Below are positions 51,053 through 64,000 of a stretch of DNA of 64,000 nucleotides, in pieces. Below the pieces are notes generated by a model, which saw nothing but the letters and a program-made list of their open reading frames with translations, was not told the DNA's origin and did no database searches. The position numbers were made by a program, and so were the translations under genes. Positions within the stretch are counted from its first letter, which is position 1. Each line of letters starts with the position of its first letter. Origin of the DNA: Octopus sinensis (lineage: Eukaryota); assembly GCF_006345805.1 (NCBI RefSeq), contig NC_043000.1, forward strand, positions 99,758,001 to 99,822,000, read 5' to 3'.

Positions 51053-51425
51053 TCATTACTTTTAGTGAAGGCGGAGGTATTGTTTTCAGCCGTGTTTGTT
51101 GGTTTGTTTGTTTGTCCGTGGACAAGACATCTCAAGAACCGCCGGATGGATTATGATGAAACTTTCAGGGTTGTTTGGCCTCGTGACTGGCACGAACTGA
51201 TTTGATTTGGTGATCGATCCGGTACCAGACAAGGATTTTGGATGATTTTTTCCTGTTTTTTTTTACGAAATTTTTGTGCGTGGTCGGGTTCATTTTTACT
51301 ATTCTCGTTTGTGAGAGCAGTCGAGTTTATTTCAGATATTCTCATTTTAAAAATCATCTCTGGCTAACCATTGAGAGGATGTTGGTGTTGCTCTAGCGGA
51401 GCTTTGCGCTCTCTGAGTGCTATTG
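51053..51425 (+). mobile_element. Non-autonomous Helitron/Helentron (DINE-1/HINE)-like element
   Basis: Start GAAGGCGGAGGTATTGTTTTCAGCCGTGTTTG(TTTG)n, end GCGGAGCTTTGCGCTCTCTGAGTGCT. Architecture recalled from similar elements, not searched. Confidence 0.45.
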
Positions 51426-51599
51426 TTGTTGTTGTTGTTGTTGATGTTACTATTATTATTATTGTTGTTGTTGTTGTTGATGTTGTTGTCGTCGTCGTCG
51501 TCGTTGTTGTTGTTGTTGTTGTTGTCGTTGTTGTTGCTGTTGTTTGTTGCCTTTGCACAGCTTCTAACGCTGGAGATGTAGTACCTGTGAACTAAGGTA

Positions 51600-52260
51600 A
51601 CACCTCTTATTTTTCGAGCACCTTTCGGAGTATTCGAGCGGTTCCAAAATTTTATCTGCCGATGCTGCAAGTTGGTCGACTGTACTAACGTCGGTCAAAT
51701 GAGCGAGAATACATTAAACATACTGTGGTAATCTGGAGAAAAAGAGTTGTTTAAGCAATTTACTTTCAGCAGGGTTGTTCTCCGCGAGCTGCCGCATTTT
51801 TCTCAGCATTTGCGATGGTGTTCGGTCTCCTAAATGCTCGTCGTTGAGAAGTTTTCGAAACTTCTTTTCAGAAGAAAACGAGGTTCGTCTTAAAATTTCG
51901 TCTTAGATTGATGAATCTGCCGGTGGAGCTATAATAATATCTCGCAATTCTCCAGTTAATGATGGTGGTATAGACCTAAGTAAAATATAGAGATGCCGTT
52001 GGTCTAAATTGTGTTTGTTTGCGGAGAAAAATGCTTCCAACTGGACAAAACAGACGGTGATGTCTCCTATTAAAATTGGTAATACAGGATGATTCATAGC
52101 AGATATCATCGTCGCTTGAGCTGAAGAAAATAAAGTTGAAGAAATTGAGATGAAGAAAATTGTGACATGGGAAGTAGTAGAATATAATGTCAGGTGGTAA
52201 CTAATTAGCTAGTGATTTTTCTTCAGGGTAGAATTCGGGATCACGTTGGGGTCACCGATT
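51600..52260 (-). mobile_element. Ty3/Gypsy relic: tRNA-Trp primer-binding site + gag N-terminal fragment
   Basis: ATCACGTTGGGGTCACCG at 52240-52257 matches 16/18 of the tRNA-Trp 3' end (ATCACGTCGGGGTCACCA). Minus strand reads FVQLEAFF..LRDIIIAPP and, after a frameshift, LGDRTPSQMLRKMRQLA..LFFSRLP. Confidence 0.7.
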
Positions 52261-52309
52261 AATAATATAGTCAGTACAAGATGATGAAGGAATAAATTCA
52301 AGATCTCTT

Positions 52310-52520
52310 TTACTCTTTTACTTGTTTTAGTCATTTGACTGTGGCCATGCTGGAGCACCGCCTTAAGTCGAGAAAATCGCCCCAGGACTTATTCTTTGTA
52401 AGCCTGGTACATATTCTATCGGTCTCTTTTGCCGAACCGCTAAGTTACGGGACGTAAACACACACGCATCGGTTGTCAAGCGATGTTGGGGGACAAACAC
52501 ACATACATACATACATGCAT

Positions 52521-52576
<56 letters not shown>

Positions 52577-52748
52577 CATTCATATATATGACGGGCTTCT
52601 TTCAGTTTCCGTCTACCAAATCCACTCACAGGGCTTTGGTCAGCCCGAGGCTATAGTAGAAAACACTTGCCCAAGTTGCCACGCAGTGGGACTGAACCCG
52701 GAACCATGTGGTTCGTAAGCAAGCTACTTACCACACAGCCACTCCTAC
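52310..52748 (-). mobile_element. SINE family B, full length
   Basis: Both halves around an internal TA tract. Confidence 0.9.
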
Positions 52749-53618
52749 GTTTTTATTCTTCTTTCGATGATGATACATGGAATCAAATTGTAGAAGCTAG
52801 TTGAATGAAGTAATCTATGCAAGAAAGTTCAGAGATAGAAAATGTAGAATAACAGCTAAGTGGTGGCGTAGAGAAATAGACGGACATAGCAACTGGAAAG
52901 TTGCCCCTGCTAACTTCTACACCAACATTTGGAAAGTTGCTGTTGCTGCCATCTCAAACACCAGGCTTTCCCAAATGGCAAGATATATGTAAATACTTTT
53001 CTTTGTATCTTTCTGAAGATAGGCGTTTTCACCCGAAATATAAAGTTTAAAAAAAAACTTTCTGCATTCTCAGAAGCTTTCCTTATGCCTCATTCCATTC
53101 GCTTTTCTAACCCTGTATTAGCTTTGCATGCGTCCAGAGATAAAATGACACAGGTTTACATTCTTCAGAACGTGCGAAAATTCAGTTGATATTCATTTGA
53201 GATGAACCACGCGTATCAGATTGCTGATGATGTCCATAAATGCTGATTGACTAGTTGACCATTCAACCCTGTCCTGTTTGAGACTGAGCGACCAGAATGA
53301 GAGACATCGTTTATATAACCTATACTCTCCACCTTACTAAAACAGCATATCAATTGTTCAATTGAATGGTAAATCATATTGAAAATTCTTCTTCCATTGT
53401 CATCAACTGGAATTGGTTATTACAATGTTATAACGTTAAAATATATCAGATTTCTGAAATGAATATCTGCATATGAACTTAATTTATACAGTTTTATTGG
53501 GAAGTAAATTGGATTAGTTATTACAGTTCAACGCAATAGTTATTTTAAATATCTGTCTGCTTGTCTGTCAGTCTGTAAGTATGCCTGCTTACCTATCTTT
53601 TTCCTCTGTCTGTCTGTC

Positions 53619-53711
<93 letters not shown>

Positions 53712-53756
53712 CACATATACATATATTTACGTACACACACCACACACACACACACA

Positions 53757-54353
<597 letters not shown>

Positions 54354-54358
54354 ATATA

Positions 54359-54411
<53 letters not shown>

Positions 54412-54627
54412 ATATATATATATATATGTTAATAAAATAGAACATATGCATATATATAAACATATATGTACGTACCTACCTCTACATGTACATATACACG
54501 CATATATGTGTACAGGACACCAAAAAGACGTCGAACACATAGAGAGACGAAACACATAGACACAAACCAAGGAACAAGACAAGCAAAAAAAAAGAGAGAT
54601 ACAGGACAATAAGCACAACGAAAAATC

Positions 54628-54676
<49 letters not shown>

Positions 54677-54722
54677 AAGCATAATAAATCTCCGAACGAG
54701 ATATAAACAGTAACCGCTCGAC

Positions 54723-54966
54723 AACGTAAAGTGTACTAGCCATCTGAATGTGGCTAGCCACTGGGGGTGGGGTGTTACTGACGCTTTTAGCCCCAGGAGA
54801 TCGACGTCTCCAGCTGGCCTTAGACACAATTTCAGTGGCAAATAACACAAGAGCACTGAAATTGTGTCTAAGGCCAGCTGGAGACGTCGATCTCCTGGGG
54901 CTAAAAGCGTCAGTAACACCCCACCCCCAGTGGCTAGCCACATTCAGATGGCTAGTACACTTTACG

Positions 54967-54968
<2 letters not shown>
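54723..54968. repeat. Perfect palindrome, 115-bp arms, 16-nt loop
   Basis: 54723-54837 is the exact reverse complement of 54854-54968; loop GCAAATAACACAAGAG. Confidence 0.97.
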
Positions 54969-55006
<38 letters not shown>

Positions 55007-56194
55007 CCCGTTCTGTCTGTCTGCTTGTGCGCTTATAAGTCGAGTATTTCTCATCCGATTTAAACATAGGTATATGGGGCGTTCCGTAATCTAAAATGAT
55101 TTTCAAAATTGTCAGTTTCAAAGGGAAAATGGCTATTTTTGTAATCTTTTTGTCCCGTTTCTTCCACCATTGTTCATCCGATCGCGCTGAAATTCTAAAC
55201 ATGGATACATGGGAGAGCGGGGCGTTCCGCAATCTAAAAAGATTTTCAAAATTGTCAGTTTCAAAGTGAGAATCGATATGTTTATAAAGATTGCCTGACC
55301 ATCGGATGATTAAAACTTCCATTTTTATTCGAAACTACTGTTTACGTATCCCGTTGTTCTTACCACTACGTAAGTGAAAATCGAAATAAAATACTTAAAG
55401 CAACACCCGTGAAATACAAAAGCCAAAGTCCATGCAGTGTCATGGGCCAAAAAAATTTTTTCCAATTTCATACCTAATGCGAGCCCAGAGCAATCTCTTA
55501 TCTCTTACACTATTTCAGTATTACGTCTCTATAGTAATGTGAGATAAGGATTTCAGCTTGAAAGAAGTTTGGCTACAAATTTAACTTAATTTCCATTCAC
55601 ATATTTGCATTTCAAATATTTTCAAAAATTTATCATTACGATCTTTTCCATAAATCAACTATTGTAAACATTTTGTATGATGACGACGGTGATGTCACAT
55701 TTTCTATGTGTGCGTACCTTAAAAGGCATCAATCATCACGACACACACCTTCACTCACTAACTCATTCTGTCTCTCTGTCTTTCTCTCTCTCTCACACAC
55801 ACGTGGAAGCACGCACACACATACACACACGTCCATTTCATATACCCGTACATGCATCTTTCACTTTCTCATCTCATTCACTTTCTTTCACTCTGCTCTT
55901 TTCGCTTTCTCTTCTTTCAATTTCTGCTCTCTTCAAATAAATTTTTACGGAATGAGCGGGAGAAACACAAGATGAGCCACCACAGCAGAATGGTATGTCA
56001 CTGTATGTGTTGACTGACGTAACGAACGGCTGGAGGTGAAACTCTTGACAAAAGACAATGAGGTAGCAGGTCTAAGGTATATAAAAATACACATTTACCG
56101 TTCAATTACCAGTTAATGATTATCACTGCATTTGCAGGGTTGCAAGGTATTTACAGTTATATATTTACCCTTAAATTAACATATATATATATAT

Positions 56195-56622
56195 ATATAT
56201 TCTTTTTTTTACTCTTTTTACTCTTTTTCGTGTTTCAGTCATTTGACTGCGGCCATGCTGGAGCACCGCCTTTAGTCGAGCAACTCGACCCCGGGACTTA
56301 TTCTTTGTAAGCCTTGTACTTATTCTATCGGTCTCTTTTGCCGAACCGCTAAGTGACGGGTACATAAACACACCAGCACCGGTTGTCAAGCAATGCTAGG
56401 GCGACAAACACAGACACAAACATACACGCAGACATATATATATATATATATATATATACGACGGGCTTCTTTCAGTTTCCGTCTACCAAATCCACTCACA
56501 GGGCTTTGGTCGGCCCGAGGCTATAGTAGAAGACACTTGCCCAAGGTGCCACGCAGTGGGACTGAACCCGGAACCATGTGGCTGGTAAGCAAGCTACTTA
56601 CCACACAGCCACTCCTGCACCT
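56195..56622 (-). mobile_element. SINE family B, full length, CpG-intact
   Basis: Complete head-to-tail match to the family B pattern; short internal TA tract. Confidence 0.9.
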
Positions 56623-56639
56623 ATATATATATATATGTA

Positions 56640-57831
56640 TATACATATCAAGAAATTTATCTATAATAATTATCGTGGCATTTACCGTTAAATTAGCAGT
56701 TCATATATGTGCTTCTATTTGGTTAATTTATACTGCATACAAAAATTAAAAAAAACATACTCCATACATACAACTGCTTACAAAAATAGGGATTAATGTA
56801 TAATTTCTTTCTATGTTCATAATTTTTGTTTATAATATTGAAAAAGATATGCCAACAAAGAAAACACGTAATCTCCCCAGAAACAAGTATAAAGCAAGGA
56901 GGATTGTAGAAAACCGAAGGCGAGAGTCTGAAGAGAGAAGCGAGATGAGATTTTCGCAAGATCAACAAATAAATGTTGCTGCACTTAACGTTGGATCATT
57001 AGATCAATGTTTTAATAATTAGACAGAGGTCCAATAGAATAGCTCTCAGAAACAGACTACGTACAAATTCGATCTTCATAGCTCCTGAAGCTGTTTTCAG
57101 ATATGATCCATCCCGTTATTCTAAAAAATGATAACTCTGTCCAAATTGGTGTGCTAAACACAAATTGTTGTTTCTGTAGGGCTTTAAAATTTTCAAATGA
57201 AACAAATGGTATGTGCTGCTCTGGCGGTCAGGTAACATTGCCAGCACTACCAGCACCTTCTCATCTTCTTAAGGATCTTCTAGAAGGCACTTCCACCCAG
57301 TCAAAGGATTTTCTGAACAATATCGCAAAATGACAATATCGCATTTCAAATGACATTGTTTACTGCATCTAAGTAGATAGTTAAATATGAATTTACGCCG
57401 GCGTCAAAATTCAAGGGCAAGTCTATCACCTCATTAGTTCCCTGTTACCCACAAATGAACAACCATAGTTCCTCCAAATTTGCTTTATGAGTGATGTAGG
57501 ACATCAAACTCGAAGGAGGTGTCAAAATTTCAGATGATGGGTCGTGTTAGACACAGCACCGATGGCTGCAAAAGAGAGTATATCCACTGACAGCTTTTCG
57601 GTGCGTTCAAAAATCACATAACTCCCTACCTCCAATTTTCCATGACAGGTTAGGGTCTGAAATACTCCAAACGGACGCATAGCATATTGCTTAGACGAAT
57701 TAGCCCGTCATTTACTCCACAAATGTTTTGTTGTCAATGCGGCACTCTCCCATATTACCTGTTTCAACATAACTGTAATATATTACAAACTAGACATTTT
57801 AATCCCGGGCAACGCCGGGTATCTCTGCTTA
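56640..57831 (+). mobile_element. Deleted Helitron with a Rep/helicase N-terminal remnant
   Basis: CCFCRALKFSNETNGMCCSGGQVTLPALP..SKDFLNNI and KIQGQVYHLISSLLP are typical Helitron RepHel N-terminal motifs. 3' hairpin CCCGG-GCAACG-CCGGG at 57804-57819. Confidence 0.8.
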
Positions 57832-57838
57832 TATATAT

Positions 57839-57925
<87 letters not shown>

Positions 57926-58024
57926 TATATATATAATTGTTAAATTTTAATTTATATAAATTATTTTATGTATTGGCTTAAGTCTTTCTTTGTTTGATTT
58001 TCATAATAGTGGTTTTGTCTCTAA

Positions 58025-58073
<49 letters not shown>

Positions 58074-58075
58074 TA

Positions 58076-58304
58076 TAGGGTGAGGCAGAAGTAACGCTCT
58101 TTTTACATTCAATAACTTTTATAGTATATAAAATGTTTATTAAGTAATTTGTTTTTGAAGACAAATTTTATGGCATTATTTAAAGAAACGAATAATAAAC
58201 TCATAAAAAAATCGTAGAAGTTTTAGGAAATAAAAAAAAAGGAACTCAATTAGAAACTACAAAACGCAAATACAAAAGGACGTTACTTCTGGCCGCGCCC
58301 TGTA
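58076..58304. mobile_element. Tc1/mariner-type MITE, about 230 bp
   Basis: Imperfect TIRs AGGGTGAGGCAGAAGTAACG and CGTTACTTCTGGCCGCGCCCTG in TA context. Confidence 0.65.
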
Positions 58305-58819
58305 TATATGCGTGTATGTGTTCGTTGTGGGTGTATGTATGCATTATCATATGCCTGCCTGTGTCTGCAGCGACGAGCGGATATCCAATAAATCGCTGCA
58401 TCAAGTAACCATACCTAGTCCTTGTCCTTTTGGTGACATTAGCCATTAGATGCATTTGATCGACAAAATGATTGCTGGGGTTCAATATAATCGATTAAAA
58501 TCCTCCAAGGCGTGAACTTACAACCGGAAACTAACTAGAAGAACAAAACAGACGAAGGTGAGGAAAATGAGGAAATACTGATGTAGATTATATATATATA
58601 TGTGGTGATGATGAAGATGGTGTTGGGTAGGAGAATGTAGGAGAATTGTAAATAAAGGTAGCGTGCAAAGGAAAGCAGAAAAATGTAAGCATAGAAAATG
58701 TTATGAAAAATACTGATCGGAAAGAAGTGTGTGGTGTTGTGGGATCTGACGAAGTGAAAGAAAAGAAATGAGTGGAAGAGGTAGTTAGAGAGAGGTAGTT
58801 AGAGAGAAACAAACAGACA

Positions 58820-58883
58820 GATTGATAAATAGGTAGGTAGGTAGGTAGGTAGATAGATAGATAGATGGATTGATGGATAGATG

Positions 58884-58947
<64 letters not shown>

Positions 58948-58950
58948 CAT
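58820..58950. repeat. (GGTA)n/(GATA)n microsatellite
   Basis: Directly visible. Confidence 0.95.
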
Positions 58951-59071
58951 TGAGAGATTGGTAGAAAAGTAGATAGCCTGCACAGTAAATAGACTGATAG
59001 GTAGACAAAGATAGACAGAGAGTTAAACAGACAGACAAATAGATAGAGATGGAAGCAGAGGGAAGAGAGAT

Positions 59072-59104
<33 letters not shown>

Positions 59105-59424
59105 TAAACAGACAAACAGACAGAGGAGGAACGATACGAATTACATAAATACATATACAAAAGTTATGATTAGATCAAACCTGATCTAACATTTGAAGGT
59201 GTTCAATGTTTTATTATCCTCGTTTTTAGTTAACGACTACATTATCTCATACATTTAAAAAATTATTTATACGCCAGAGCGATTTGAGCTATATTTCGTT
59301 TCTATTACTAACAGTTCGAGTGCCTGCGTTGGGATGTCACTTTTTTTTTTTTTGAAAAAGAAAGCGAAATAGTAAATGGAAACTATTCATATCAAATTAT
59401 ACAAGAGATTCATGATATATTCCA

Positions 59425-59810
59425 CTCTAGGTAAAAAGCCCGAAATTTTGAGGGAAGTGCGAGTCGATTAGATCGATCCCAGTACGCAACTGGTACTTAA
59501 TATCTCGACCCTCGAAAAGATGTGAGGCAAAGTGGACCCCGGCGGAATTTGAACTCAGAACGTAAAGACGGACGAAATACATATTTCTCTCCTACCCACA
59601 AGGGGCTAAACACAGAGAGGACAAACAAGGACAGACAAACGGATTAAGTCGATTATATCGACCCCAGTGCGTAACTGGTACTTATTTAATCGACCCCGAA
59701 AGGATGAAAGGCAAAGTCGACCTCGGCGGAATTTGAACTCAGAACGTAACGGTAGACGAAATACGGCTACGAATTTCGCCCGGCGTGCTAACGATTCTGC
59801 CAGCTCGCCT
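59425..59810 (-). mobile_element. Two adjacent SINE A copies with different tails (junction at about 59580)
   Basis: The core GGCGGAATTTGAACTCAGAACGTAA occurs twice; the second copy has the tail seen at 41.7 kb. Confidence 0.85.
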
Positions 59811-59898
59811 TTACACACACACACACACACACACATACACACACACACACACACAGTGTAGTGTGTGCTTTTTACGTGCCACCGGTAAGGAAGCGAGT

Positions 59899-59950
59899 CA
59901 AGCATCGGCCACGTTCAAGCATCGGCCACGTTCAAGCATCGGCCACGTTC
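59899..59950. repeat. 17-bp unit x3 inside a family E fragment
   Basis: CAAGCATCGGCCACGTT, three perfect copies. Confidence 0.95.
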
Positions 59951-60135
59951 GGATGGGGCTTTTTACGTGCAAGCGGGACGGGGTTCACAACTACAATTTC
60001 CATTTGATTTAGGTTTTGATGTACATATATATATGTATAGAGATATATATGTACATATATATATACATACATACATATATATACAATCCATATATAAATG
60101 TGTGTATATATATATACAATCCATATATATGTATA

Positions 60136-60919
60136 CTAGCAGCATAGCCCGGCGTTGCCCCTAGTAGGTAACGACTAATCCCAATCTAGTCCTTTCCCTC
60201 TAGGGAACGAAGGCGCATGTGTAGGTTGCAATGTCTTCTCTTCACTCCCAAATAACTATCAAACAGCTATCGATAATTCAACCCAACCAATTCCTACCAG
60301 GAATAAATTACATTCGAGACTTTACTCCCAACTTCTGCTAATAGCTGCTGCAGCCGCAAGTTATTCGAATACTTTTTTTGTTTACACTTTCTTTATAACT
60401 ACCACCCCAAATGTTTTACCTTAAATTTTTGACGTACCCTAAGGGTCCTCGGACTCTACTTGCAAACTCTTGGTTTATTATAAACCGCTTTTGTCGTGTG
60501 CACCAAAAAAACCTTTTCCATTCGTTTGTTCAGTTTGGTCACTTTTGACTTTTTCGTTGTTGTCACTCACATTGCTGCCCGCTTTTTTGCCGTTTTTGTA
60601 CATTTTTATACATTTTGGGATACTTACCTCACGTGTTCCGAGAGTTAAAAAGGTCGAGTTGCGTCCCCTAGACAGTCTGTAGAAAATGTGTTGCATATAA
60701 AAAGCTTAGATTCTCGACCCATGTCGAATTTATCGATTTTTTTTCAGAACTAGGGGAACTTTTCAAAATTTTCGCTGCGTTAGTTTTGAATTATGACATT
60801 GGGCTATGTGTGTGTCAAGTTTCATCAGAATCGGTTGAAAGCCGTGGTCAGGGTGAGGGTACAACCTGACAGACACACAGACACACAGAGAGACAAACTG
60901 CCGTTTATATATAGAGAGA
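60136..60919 (-). mobile_element. Non-autonomous Helitron
   Basis: Minus strand starts A|TCTCTCTATATATAAACGGC and ends GGGCAACGCCGGGCTATGCTGCTAG|T: 5' TC, 3' CTAG, AT target. Confidence 0.75.
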
Positions 60920-61099
60920 TACATACATGCGCATATGTATGTATGTAGCTATATGTGCATATATATGTATATACATACAGATGTACATGTATATGTATAT
61001 ACATATATGTACATATATATATACATATATATGTACATATATATGTATATACATATATATCTATATAGATATATGTGTATAAATATGTATATACCTATA

Positions 61100-61156
<57 letters not shown>

Positions 61157-61599
61157 AATATATTTATACATATACATGTATATATATATATATTTGCATA
61201 TAAATACATACGTATATGTATATGCATATATGTGCATGTATATGTATATACACGCTGCCCTAACCACTGGGCCATTGCGCCTTCACACATATATATGTAT
61301 ATATATATATATATATATATAAATTAAACTGCTTTTTCACTCGTATATGCGCTAAAGATAATAATATGTGGTTATAAAAATTTCAAATATTAGTCTTAAA
61401 CTTTCAGACAAACAATTTAATAATTCAGACGTATGACACGACATATTATTCCATTGAAAGAACCACATAAATATAAATATGTGGCTATTTGAATGGAATA
61501 ATATCTCATGTCACTCATCTGAATTATGAATTTGATTATGTGAATGTGTAAGAGTAATACCTGAAAGTTTTATCTCATACCAAATTTTTTATATGTATA

Positions 61600-64000
61600 T
61601 ATATATACACAGGAGTTGCAAGGGCAAAAGCAGGAGCACATTCTACATGCAAGTACACTGCTGGTATGGTGATGATGGTATAAACTGTCGCTTTGCACAT
61701 CCGAAGCATTACCAGATCCACATGGGTCCCAGGCAACACTCCTTTCTCTGAGAAGGAGAGAAGGAAAGGCTCCAAGGAAGTAATAATAGCGCAGTGTCTA
61801 CTTCCGAAAGACGACATGCAGATGTGGTGCGTGACCCAGCAAACGACCTGCTTCACCCAGGTATGGGAAGGACAGCAGCTGAACAGCAATCTTCTTTTGT
61901 TTGTGCAAGGCACAAAAGATTGTCCGGCAACTGACCTGGCTTCAAACCCAAGCCTGGAACTACACCCGCCACCATACAAGTCCACCACCAACAACAGATA
62001 CAGGATGGTCACCACTAACACCAACACACACATCATAAAGCTATTTCTTTTGAACATAGGAGTATTGTTGCATGGCAACTGTAAAACAATCTCATTCCTG
62101 AGAGACTTTGCGGCATGCAATCAAGCTTTATGCATGGCACTTAGCCCTGATATAGGGGATGCAGAAATACATATACTACAATATGTTGTCATACGCTCAG
62201 ATAAAAAAGAGAGGAGCCATGGTGGATTTTCTGTGTACATCCGAGAGGACTTCACGCCCCAGGTCCTGCTGTCAAATTCTAATTCAGTGTGTGACATTCA
62301 AATTATACACATAAGACAACTTAATACTGTTATATGTACTACATATCACCCACCAGATGCTCCGAGTCATACAGGCAAATTTGAAGACTGCCTAGCAAAG
62401 ATAGAAATTTTCATCAAATTGGAACAACACATCAATGTATTCCTTTTGGGTGACTTTAACTTCCCAAACAGGGAATGGCCTGATGACACACCAACAGCAA
62501 GCACAAGCAAAGTACCTGCTCCACCTTACCAATGCCTTTTCATGGAGCAAATCTTGCTTCAACCAACCAGGGCAAATAATATATTGGATCTCTGCTTCAC
62601 AAACAATATGGACTTTATCCCTAATGTTAAAGTGACACCGACGCTGATCTCTGATCACAATGTAATACAGCTATGTATGGACCAAAAGTTCCTGCAGGCA
62701 TACAGCCTATACAAAGCACCCAAAATCTCTCCAAACTAAACTTGCATAAAGCAAATTGGAAGCTGATTGAGAAAGAGATCCTCAAACAGGATTGACCTAA
62801 ATGTCTCTCCACACCATTGACATTGACATGAAACAAACATTTCATGCCCATAATACAAGCCATATGTGGCCAATCTGTCCCAGTGTGCAAAGCCAACATG
62901 CATAAAAATAGGATCTCTAGAGAAAGGAAGATTCTTATGAGACGACGGACAAAGATTGTGAACCGCCTGAGCAAGCATCCCAAGAGTGGCGAGAAGTCTC
63001 GTCTGAAGAGAGTGCTATTGGAGATTGAGAAACGTCTGCATCAGTCTCATGAAAAGGAGAGAGCAAATAAAAAAGCTTGTGTTATCAAGTCAAACCCTAA
63101 AGCTTTCTTTAAGTTTGCCAAAGAAACAGCCTCAATACGCCATAAGATAGGACCCCTCTTTCTAAAAGATGGCTTCCTCACAGTAAACCCCATGAGGGTA
63201 AGTGAAATACTGAATGAACAGTTCCAAAGTGTGTTCACTACACCGCTGTGACATAGGCAAGTGAACGAACCAGCGGAATTATTTGCCACATTACCTAAAA
63301 CCAAAAAGTTAAGAAAAATTGAGTACATAGACATTGAAGAAGATGTAATACTGGCCATAGATGAGGTTGACATAAACTCAGCGGCTGGCGCGGATGGATT
63401 TCCAGCGGTCCTACTCAAATCATGCAAGCGAGCCCTTACAAAACCACTGCAGCTTCTCTTCCAGAGCTTCCTTGAAAGTGGTAAGCTCCCAGACAAACCG
63501 AAGAAAGTGATAATATGCCCTATCCATAAGGGAGGAAGCAGAGCAGATACTAAAATTATCTCTCTGACCTCACACATCAGTAAAGTAATGGAATGAATAG
63601 TCCGTAAGAAACTAATCATGTTCCTAGAAGAAAATGACTTGCTGACTGACATCCAGCATGGATTTCAACCGGGTAGAAGCTGTTTGACACAGCCTCTACA
63701 ACACTATGACTAGGTGTTAAAACAGCTGCTGAATGACTGAAGCGTGGATGTGATATATCTCGCTTTTGCAGAAGCCTTTGATAAAGTTGACCATGGTATG
63801 ATATGTCACAAACTGCACGAACTCGGCATAAGCGGAAAACTTGGAGAGTGGCTGCACAACTTTCTACAGGATAGACGTTTGGCAACGGAGCCACCTCCAA
63901 GGAAACATAAATAGCAAATGGTTTTCCACAGGGCACTGTCTTGGGGGTCACTGCTATTTACAGTGGCCCTCTCAGACATGCCCTCGGTTGCTCAGATAGC
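61600..64000 (+). pseudogene. CR1/Jockey-group LINE, disrupted, running off the window end
   Basis: ORF1 remnant with a CCCH-like finger (FYMQVHCWYG..CRFAHPK), APE endonuclease motifs (GGFSVYI, TYHPP, GDFNFP, ILDLCFTN, SDHN), RT motifs (AAGADG, ISLTSHISKVME, QHGF..GRSCLT, AFDKVDH, PQGTVLG); multiple stops and frameshifts. Confidence 0.9.

Noticed and set aside
52801-52992. Protein-looking 63-aa ORF (KWWRREIDGHSNWKV..)
   Set aside because: No recognisable family and no convincing acceptor in frame.
54689-54735. CTCCGAA-CGAG..CTCG-ACAAC-GTA-AAGTG as a decayed hammerhead at the palindrome edge
   Set aside because: Core heptamer and GAAA are both broken and helix I does not pair; only worth revisiting with a family consensus.
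54665-55038. Two near-identical ORFs on opposite strands (MWLATGGG..)
   Set aside because: A trivial consequence of the perfect palindrome, not duplicated genes.

Overview
AT-rich, repeat-dense animal genomic DNA. The repeat landscape resembles octopod cephalopod genomes; this is recollection, not a search result. One clear protein-coding gene is present: a + strand BTB-BACK-Kelch (KLHL-type) gene with two coding exons (14461-14586, 16626-18254; about 584 aa). The rest is mostly mobile DNA and simple repeats. These include four tRNA-headed SINE families (called A-D here), an RTE-type 3'-end family (E), decayed RTE and CR1-type LINEs, three mariner relics, one DD37D (maT) relic, Tc1/pogo MITEs, Helitron pieces, a Gypsy PBS+gag relic, microsatellites and a 28-bp satellite. 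Most ORFs in the track are microsatellite artefacts. The most notable pattern is four long fold-back palindromes (3.8, 9.2, 11.3, 54.8 kb) and four unrelated sequence families carrying minimalist hammerhead-ribozyme-like motifs of the Penelope-like-element type. One of these has a compensatory G3-C8 core and sits as an intact back-to-back pair. Repeat boundaries were read by eye and are approximate unless stated as exact.
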